Below are positions 58,173 through 64,000 of a stretch of 64,000 nucleotides of DNA, one piece after another. Within the stretch, counting starts at the first letter, position 1. Every line of letters begins with the position of its first letter. The DNA is taken from the NCBI GenBank assembly GCA_016934555.1, contig JAFGSS010000146.1, positions 20,061-84,060 of the forward strand. Direction: 5' to 3'. The position numbers and the translations under genes were made by a program. The notes beneath the pieces were generated by a model. It made no database searches and was not told the DNA's origin. It saw only the letters and a program-made list of their open reading frames with translations. The stretch comes from Acidobacteriota bacterium (lineage in GTDB: Bacteria; Acidobacteriota; UBA6911).

Positions 58173-58192
58173 ATCTCCGGGGACCCGCGCCC

Positions 58193-58876
58193 ATGAAACT
58201 GTCGATCGTGATTCCGGTCTATAACGAAAAAAACACGGTTCTCGAGCTGCTCGCGCGGGTCCGCGCGACCGGCTTCGAAAAGGAGATCATCCTGGTGGAC
58301 GACGGCTCCACCGACGGGACGCGCGAGATCCTCCGGGGATTGGGCCCGTCGGAGGACCTGACCGTCGTCTACCAGCCCGGCAACCGGGGGAAGGGGGCGG
58401 CGCTGCGGGCGGGGTTCGCCCGGGTGACGGGCGACATCGTCGTCATCCAGGACGCCGACCTGGAATACGACCCGGCCGAATACGGGAACCTCCTCCGGCC
58501 GATCCTCGACGACCAGGCGGACGTGGTCTACGGTTCCCGCTTTCTCAGCGGGCCGCACCGGGTCCTGCTCTTCTGGCATTCGGTCGGCAACCGCGCGCTG
58601 ACGCTGCTGTCGAACATCTTCACCGACCTGAACCTGACCGACATGGAGACCTGCTACAAGGTCTTCCGGGCGGAAATCCTCGGGAGGATCACCCTGTGCG
58701 AGGACCGCTTCGGGTTCGAGCCGGAATTCACCGCCAGGATCAGCCGCGCGGGGTGCCGCATCTACGAGGTGCCTATTTCCTACCACGGGCGGGATTACGC
58801 CGCGGGGAAGAAGATCGGCTGGAAAGACGGCGTCGCCGCCGTCTATTTCATCCTCAAGCACAACCTCTTCCGCTGA
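58193..58876 (+). CDS. Family-2 glycosyltransferase (polyprenol-phosphate sugar synthase / DPM1-like)
   Basis: MKLSIVIPVYNEKNTVLELL...IILVDDGSTDGT...IQDADLEYDP shows the GT2 DxD/DAD signatures. 227 aa. Start was moved to ATG 58193. Confidence 0.85.
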   Translation: MKLSIVIPVYNEKNTVLELLARVRATGFEKEIILVDDGSTDGTREILRGLGPSEDLTVVYQPGNRGKGAALRAGFARVTGDIVVIQDADLEYDPAEYGNLLRPILDDQADVVYGSRFLSGPHRVLLFWHSVGNRALTLLSNIFTDLNLTDMETCYKVFRAEILGRITLCEDRFGFEPEFTARISRAGCRIYEVPISYHGRDYAAGKKIGWKDGVAAVYFILKHNLFR

Positions 58877-58912
58877 GGCCGGCTGCCGGCTCCTGTGGTA
58901 CACTCTCACCCT

Positions 58913-59224
58913 ATGAAAATCCGGATGACGAGCAACGGAATCGAGGCGCCCCTGACCCCCTTCATCGGCAAGTTCGTGGCCAACGTCTGCCACGCCATTA
59001 TCTCCGCGCTCAAAACGCCGCTGCCGGTGCGGACCTTCACGTACGAATTCGAGGGGGAGTCGGTCCGGATCGAGGTCAACCGGACGGATGTCCCGCTGAA
59101 ACAGATGAGCCAGGGGTTTTCGCGCGTCATCATCCTCGACACCGTGCGGGGGATGCTGCGCCACCTGAAAATGGACGACCCGGAGGGGGCGATCCGGATC
59201 GAGGTCGACCTGGAAGGGGAGTAG
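58913..59224 (+). CDS. Hypothetical small protein
   Basis: 103 aa from the first ATG (MKIRMTSNGIEAPLTPFIGKFVANVCHAIISALK...). GC3-rich codon usage is consistent with a real gene. No family recognised. It is wedged between the GT2 gene and queG with 18-23 nt gaps. Confidence 0.45.
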   Translation: MKIRMTSNGIEAPLTPFIGKFVANVCHAIISALKTPLPVRTFTYEFEGESVRIEVNRTDVPLKQMSQGFSRVIILDTVRGMLRHLKMDDPEGAIRIEVDLEGE

Positions 59225-59247
59225 CCGGCCGATCGGACGGGGCCCGT

Positions 59248-60363
59248 ATGTCTCTATCCCATGCTTTCGGTTTAACGGCCCGGATCCGGGCGGAGGCCCG
59301 GGCTCTCGGATTTTTCCGGGCCGGGATCGCGCGGGCGGGTGAAACCCCCCGCGGGCGTCATCTGCGCGAGTGGCTCGGGCGCGGGTTCCACGGCGACATG
59401 CGCTACCTCGAGCGCCGCCAGGGGGAGCGGCTCGATCCGCGCCTCGTCCTTCCCGGCGCGCGGAGCGTGATCGTGGCGGCGATGGAGTGTCCCGCACCCC
59501 CCTTGCCGGAGCGGGCGCCGCTCCGGGGCCGCATGGCCCGCTACGCCCCCGGAGACGATTACCACACGGTGGTCGGGGACCGCATCGCCCGCCTGCTCGA
59601 TTTCATCCAAAAGGAAGTCCCTTCCGCCCGGGGGAAGGGGTACGTGGACGCCGGACCGGTCATGGAAAAAGCCTGGGGGGCGCAATCGGGCCTGGGCTGG
59701 ATCGGGAAGCACTCACTGCTCGTCACCCGGGAGCGGGGGTCCTGGTGCAACCTCGGCGTCCTCCTCGTCGATCTCGAACTCGAAGCGGACCCCCCGGCCG
59801 AGGACGGCTGCGGCGACTGCGCCCGCTGCATCGGTGCCTGCCCGACCGGGGCCATCGTCGCACCCCGCGTGCTCGACGCCCGGCGCTGCATTTCCTATCT
59901 GACGATCGAACTGCGCGGCAGCATCCCGCGCGCCCTGAGGCCGCTTCTGGGCGGCCGGGTCTTCGGGTGCGACGCCTGCCAGGAAGTCTGCCCCTGGAGT
60001 TTTTCCGCCGGTCGGGCGGCCGGGCCGGAGGAGGACGAGGGTTTCGACCTCCCGGCCCTGGCCGCCCTGACGGCGGAGGGGTTCGCCGTCCGCTTCGGCT
60101 CGAGCCCCGTCCGGAGGATCGGGCGCGACCGACTGGTGCGCAACGCCGTCGTCGCCCTCGGCAATTCGGGCGACCCCGGCGCCGTAGTTCCCCTCGGGGA
60201 CTCCCTCCGCGACCGGAGCGCGCTCGTGAGGGCGCACGCCGCCTGGGCCCTCGGCCGGCTCCCCTGCGCGGCAGCGCGGCGGCTGCTGGAGACGGCCCGG
60301 GACCGAGAGAAGGACCCGGAGGTGCTCGGGGAGATCGGGGCGGCGCTGGCCGGACGGGAGTGA
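59248..60363 (+). CDS. queG: Epoxyqueuosine reductase QueG
   Basis: MSLSHAFGLTARIRAEARALGF...RMARYAPGDDYH is the QueG N-terminus. Two 4Fe-4S motifs follow (CGDCARCIGACPTGAI; CDACQEVCPW), then C-terminal HEAT-like repeats. Start was moved to ATG 59248. Confidence 0.9.
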   Translation: MSLSHAFGLTARIRAEARALGFFRAGIARAGETPRGRHLREWLGRGFHGDMRYLERRQGERLDPRLVLPGARSVIVAAMECPAPPLPERAPLRGRMARYAPGDDYHTVVGDRIARLLDFIQKEVPSARGKGYVDAGPVMEKAWGAQSGLGWIGKHSLLVTRERGSWCNLGVLLVDLELEADPPAEDGCGDCARCIGACPTGAIVAPRVLDARRCISYLTIELRGSIPRALRPLLGGRVFGCDACQEVCPWSFSAGRAAGPEEDEGFDLPALAALTAEGFAVRFGSSPVRRIGRDRLVRNAVVALGNSGDPGAVVPLGDSLRDRSALVRAHAAWALGRLPCAAARRLLETARDREKDPEVLGEIGAALAGRE

Positions 60364-60378
60364 ACCCAGGCGCGCTTT

Positions 60379-60918
60379 TTGCCGATAGGGGAGCCGATGG
60401 GCGGCAGTGCGCCGCCGGGGGAGGTACGGGGGATGGGGGAATTCATCGATCCCGCCACGGGAATGAGGAAGCCGGAACGGCGGTCGGGGCGCGACCGGCG
60501 CGATGCCCCGTCGATGCGGGCGCTGCTGCGGGAGAAACCGCGCCGCAGAAGGAGCCGGGGGCGGCGCACCACCGACCGGGGGGCCTACGTCGACATCTAC
60601 GACTCCCGGACCTGGGGCATCGCCCTGTCCGTCTGCGCCCTTTCGCTCGCCGACGCCCTGCTCACCCGGATGCACCTCGTGCGCGGTTCGGCCGAGGAGT
60701 GGAACCCCCTGATGAAGGCCGTGATCAGCGAGGCGGGGATGCCCGCCTTCTTCGCCCTGAAGCTGGCCATGACCGTCATCCCGATGGCCCTGATCCTCGT
60801 CCACAAGGAATGGGTCCTGGGCCGTTATGCCGCGCGCCTCTGCCTCTGGGCCTACGTCCTCCTTTCCTGCTACCACCTCTACCTCCTCTTCGCGGCGTCC
60901 CCCGGCGGTTTCGCCTGA
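60379..60918 (+). CDS. Hypothetical membrane protein (Arg-rich cytoplasmic N-terminus plus 3 TM helices)
   Basis: 179 aa. The N-terminal 80 aa are highly basic (RRSGRDRRDAP...RRRRSRGRRTTDRG). Three hydrophobic helices follow (WGIALSVCALSLADALL..., AFFALKLAMTVIPMALILV, LCLWAYVLLSCYHLYLLF). Confidence 0.5.
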   Translation: MPIGEPMGGSAPPGEVRGMGEFIDPATGMRKPERRSGRDRRDAPSMRALLREKPRRRRSRGRRTTDRGAYVDIYDSRTWGIALSVCALSLADALLTRMHLVRGSAEEWNPLMKAVISEAGMPAFFALKLAMTVIPMALILVHKEWVLGRYAARLCLWAYVLLSCYHLYLLFAASPGGFA

Positions 60919-60984
60919 CCCGTCTCCTCCCTGTTGTACTTTCGCCGCCGGCCCCTGATAATATGCGTGTGAAGGAGTCCGGGA

Positions 60985-61845
60985 ATGAAAACGAAGATGC
61001 GCCGCAGCCTGCTCTATGTCCCCGGCGACAGCCGGAAGATGCTCGAGAAATCGGCATCCTCCGCCGCCGACCTGCTTTTGCTCAACCTCGAGGACGGGGT
61101 CGCCGCCGCCATCAAGGAGGAGGCCAGGGGTAACGTCGTCCGCGCCCTGGGCGACATCGATTTCGGCTCCCACGAGGTCGTGGTGCGGGTCAACCCCCCC
61201 GAAACCGGGACCGGCCGCCGGGACCTCGAGGCCGTCGTCGCCGCCCGGCCGCACGGCATCTGCCTGCCGAAGATCGAAAGCGCGCGGCAGGTCGAGAGCG
61301 CGGCCGCCGCCATCGCCGCGCTGGAGGCGCAGGCGGGCCTCGAGGCGGGGAGCGTCCGGATCCACGCCATGATCGAGTCGGCGCGGGGGGTGCTCGGCGC
61401 CCCTGAAATCGCGGCCGCCCCGCGCCTCGAGTCCCTGGTTTTCGGTTCGGCCGATTATGTCGCCGACGTGCGCTGCCAGCCGGGAGACGACCGCCGGGAG
61501 TTGAGGCTGGCGCTCGAGATGATCGTGCTGGCGGCCCGCGCCGCGGGCATCGACGCCATCGACGCCCCCTGCTTCGACGTCCGCAACCAGGACATCCTCA
61601 GGCGGGAGGCGGCCCACGCGCGCCGCCTCGGGTTCGACGGCAAGAGCGCGCTCCACCCCGAACAGGCGGCCATCATCAACCGCATCTTCGACGTGACGCC
61701 GGGGGAGATCGCCTGGGCCGAACGCACCCTGGCCGAACTGGATGCGGCGGAGCACCGGGGGAAGGCGCTGACGACGGTCGAGGGGCGGCTGCTCGACAAT
61801 CCCCACCGGCTGCTGGCCGAGCGGATCCTGGCCCGACGGCCCTGA
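60985..61845 (+). CDS. HpcH/HpaI aldolase / citrate lyase beta-subunit (CitE)-like protein
   Basis: RRSLLYVPGDSRKMLEKSASSAADLLLLNLEDGVA matches the CitE/malyl-CoA lyase N-terminus (RSxLFVPG...DxxxxDLED). 286 aa. Confidence 0.85.
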   Translation: MKTKMRRSLLYVPGDSRKMLEKSASSAADLLLLNLEDGVAAAIKEEARGNVVRALGDIDFGSHEVVVRVNPPETGTGRRDLEAVVAARPHGICLPKIESARQVESAAAAIAALEAQAGLEAGSVRIHAMIESARGVLGAPEIAAAPRLESLVFGSADYVADVRCQPGDDRRELRLALEMIVLAARAAGIDAIDAPCFDVRNQDILRREAAHARRLGFDGKSALHPEQAAIINRIFDVTPGEIAWAERTLAELDAAEHRGKALTTVEGRLLDNPHRLLAERILARRP

Positions 61846-61919
61846 CCGCCCGTGGTACACTGTCCCCGCGGGCCTCTGGCCGCGCGCGGTTTACCATTGA
61901 TCACAAGGAAAAGGGCTTC

Positions 61920-62720
61920 ATGAACCGATTCAAAGGGACCGGCAGTTACATCCTCAGCGACTCCCTCAAGGAGATCGTCAACGCCGCCATCGTGCTCGGG
62001 CGCCCCCTGCTCATCAAGGGGGAGCCCGGCACCGGCAAGACCGAACTGGCCCAGGTGATCGCCGAGGACCTCGGCCTCCGCCTGATCCGCTGGAACATCA
62101 AATCGACCACCAAGGCGAACGAGGGGCTTTACGTCTACGACACCGTGCAGCGGCTGAACGATTCCCGCTTCCACGACAAGGACGTTTCGGACATCCGTCA
62201 GTACATCCGCTTCGGCGGGCTGGGGGAGGCGCTGCGGTCCGAGGAACAGGTGGTGCTTCTGATCGACGAGATCGACAAGGCCGACCTGGAGTTCCCGAAC
62301 GACCTGCTGTACGAACTCGACCAGATGAGGTTCGACGTCGTCGAGACCGGGGACCACTTCCGCGCCCGGCACCGCCCCATCGTGATGATCACGAGCAACA
62401 GCGAGAAGGAGCTCCCCGACGCCTTCCTGCGCCGCTGCCTCTTTCACTACATCGAGTTTCCCGATCCGGAGATGATGGAGCGGATCGCCCGCGTCCACTA
62501 TCCCGACCTCGAGCGGAAACTCGTGGCCCAGGTCGTGGCCCGCTTCTACCAGGTGCGAGAGCGGCGCGACCTGAAAAAACGTCCCTCGACCAGCGAACTG
62601 CTCGACTGGATCCAGGCCATCGTCGCCGGCGGCATCGGCGAGCGGGAGCTGACCCGTCGCCTCCCGTTTCTGGGCGTGCTCCTGAAAACCGAGGAAGACC
62701 TCGCGAGCGTGACGCGGTGA
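61920..62720 (+). CDS. MoxR-like AAA+ ATPase (CoxD / CbbQ-NirQ-NorQ size class)
   Basis: Walker A LIKGEPGTGKTELAQ, Walker B VLLIDEIDKA, sensor IVMITSN. At 266 aa it is typical of CoxD/CbbQ-type chaperone ATPases. Confidence 0.85.
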   Translation: MNRFKGTGSYILSDSLKEIVNAAIVLGRPLLIKGEPGTGKTELAQVIAEDLGLRLIRWNIKSTTKANEGLYVYDTVQRLNDSRFHDKDVSDIRQYIRFGGLGEALRSEEQVVLLIDEIDKADLEFPNDLLYELDQMRFDVVETGDHFRARHRPIVMITSNSEKELPDAFLRRCLFHYIEFPDPEMMERIARVHYPDLERKLVAQVVARFYQVRERRDLKKRPSTSELLDWIQAIVAGGIGERELTRRLPFLGVLLKTEEDLASVTR

Positions 62721-62733
62721 CGGGAGACACGGA

Positions 62734-63903
62734 ATGTTCATCAACCTCTTCCGCGCCCTGAGGCGGCACGGCATCCCGGTCACCTTCAACGAGTGGATGC
62801 TCCTGCAGGAGGCGCTGGGGGCAAACCTGGCCGACAGCTCGCTCACCCGCTTCTACCACCTCGCCCGCGCGATCCTGGTCAAGACCGAGGGACATTTCGA
62901 CCGCTTCGACCAGGCCTTCCTCGAATGCTTCGGCCACATCGAATCGAGCGACGAGCTGATCGCGAGGATCGTGGAGCGGCTGGCCCAGCTGCCGCCGCTC
63001 GAGCTGACGGAGGAGGAAAAGCGGCTGGTGGAGGAGCTGGATCTCGAGGAAGTGCGCGGGCGTTTCCTCGACCGGCTGCGCAACCAGGACGACGAGGAGC
63101 ACGTGGGGGGGAACCAGGCCATCGGCGTGCGGGGGCGCTCCCCCTTCGGCGCCTGGGGGTACAACCCCGCCGGGGTCCGCATCGGCCAGGATGTCGGCCG
63201 CCACCGGCGGGCGGTCCAGATCGCGGAAAAGCGCAGCTTCCGCAACTACCGGGACGACGTGGCGCTCGACACCCGCACCATCAAGACCGTGCTCGGCTAC
63301 ATGCGCCAGGTCGTCCGGGAGGGGCCGAAGGAGAGCCTGGACGTGGAAGGCACCGTCCGGGCCACCTGCCGCAACGCCGGCGAACTCGAGTTCGTCTGGG
63401 AGCGCGCGCGGCGCAAGCGGATCAAGCTCATGCTCCTGATGGACGCGGGCGGGACCATGACGCCGCACGCGGAGCTGGTCAGCCGGCTCTTTTCGGCCGC
63501 CCGCGACCTGGTTAAAAATCTGAAGTTTTACTATTTCCACAACTGCGTGTACCAGGAGCTCTACACCGACATCGCGCAGATGACGCCGGTCGCCACGCGC
63601 AAGGTGCTGGAGCAGACCCCGCGCGACACCCGCGTCATCCTGGTAGGGGACGCCTACATGGCCCCGTCCGAGCTCCTGCACCCCAACGGGGCGATCGATT
63701 TCTGGTACCGCAACGACCGCCCCGGGATAGAATGGCTCCGGGACATCCGGAAAAGATTCCGGAAGGTCCTCTGGCTGAACCCGGAACCGCGCGAGTGGTG
63801 GTCGAGCGTCCCCACCACCCGCCTGATCGAAAGCCTGTTCCCCATGCACGAGCTGACGCTCGAGGGGATGAGGCGCGGGACGCGGGCCCTGATGAAGCAG
63901 TAG
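62734..63903 (+). CDS. VWA-domain protein, CoxE-like
   Basis: 389 aa. The C-terminal region has a von Willebrand A-like MIDAS context (LMLLMDAGGTM..., VILVGDAYMAP). The N-terminus FINLFRALRRHGIPVTFNEWMLLQEAL is typical of CoxE-like VWA partners of MoxR ATPases. It starts 13 nt after the AAA gene. Confidence 0.8.
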   Translation: MFINLFRALRRHGIPVTFNEWMLLQEALGANLADSSLTRFYHLARAILVKTEGHFDRFDQAFLECFGHIESSDELIARIVERLAQLPPLELTEEEKRLVEELDLEEVRGRFLDRLRNQDDEEHVGGNQAIGVRGRSPFGAWGYNPAGVRIGQDVGRHRRAVQIAEKRSFRNYRDDVALDTRTIKTVLGYMRQVVREGPKESLDVEGTVRATCRNAGELEFVWERARRKRIKLMLLMDAGGTMTPHAELVSRLFSAARDLVKNLKFYYFHNCVYQELYTDIAQMTPVATRKVLEQTPRDTRVILVGDAYMAPSELLHPNGAIDFWYRNDRPGIEWLRDIRKRFRKVLWLNPEPREWWSSVPTTRLIESLFPMHELTLEGMRRGTRALMKQ

Positions 63904-63921
63904 GAGACGAAAGGAGTCGCC

Positions 63922-64000
63922 ATGAAAAAGTATCGTTGTGAGGCATGCGGCTACATCTACGACCCCGTCGCGGGGGACCCCGAAAACGGGGTCGAGCCCG
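63922..64000 (+). CDS. Rubredoxin (partial; continues past window end)
   Basis: [26 protein letters not shown] shows the canonical rubredoxin CxxCG...YDP N-terminus. AAAGGAG Shine-Dalgarno lies 8 nt upstream. Confidence 0.8.
   Translation, partial: MKKYRCEACGYIYDPVAGDPENGVEP

Overview
This is a 64 kb, high-GC (roughly 68-70 %) chromosomal segment from a diderm bacterium, judging by BamA, the Lol system, LpxA/LpxI, Skp and a TonB-dependent receptor. The phylum cannot be assigned from this window; Myxococcota- or Acidobacteriota-like is a low-confidence guess.

About 55 protein genes are packed tightly, roughly 40 of them on the minus strand, and almost all are housekeeping. The recognisable ones are:
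- Information processing: tex, rnr, nusB, lysS, gatB, miaA, tsaD, queG, rlmD, selA.
- Envelope and lipid A: bamA-skp-fabZ-lpxA-lpxI, lolCD, pgsA, and a SpoIID/LytB-SPOR lipoprotein.
- Metabolism: purH, ribH, mtnA, moaB.
- Other: a Pat-type acyl-CoA synthetase/GNAT protein, comEC, clpA, and a cold-shock gene.

The one clearly RNA-level element is a cobalamin riboswitch. It lies on the minus strand in front of a four-gene B12-uptake operon: substrate-binding protein, permease, ATPase and TonB-dependent receptor. A six-frame ORF view does not reveal it.

No CRISPR array, transposase, integrase, tRNA or rRNA gene was found, and no convincing defence island.

The most unusual protein-level features are:
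- a Tex homologue carrying a ~30-copy Ala-Pro-Glu-Ala-x pentapeptide insertion, encoded by a 15-nt tandem DNA repeat inside its YqgF domain;
- a 749-aa YvcK/CofD-family protein with a ~300-aa C-terminal extension of unknown function, sitting between a FmdB zinc-ribbon gene and a PAS-LuxR regulator;
- a co-directional nine-gene run on the plus strand, tsaD-GT2-small ORF-queG-membrane ORF-CitE-like-AAA(MoxR/CoxD-like)-VWA(CoxE-like)-rubredoxin, with no recognisable client enzyme in the window.

Because of the high GC content, nearly every real gene is shadowed by a long stop-free antisense mirror ORF. These were rejected as artefacts.

Gene starts were adjusted by eye. The ORF track often begins at upstream GTG/TTG codons and includes low-complexity N-terminal extensions.
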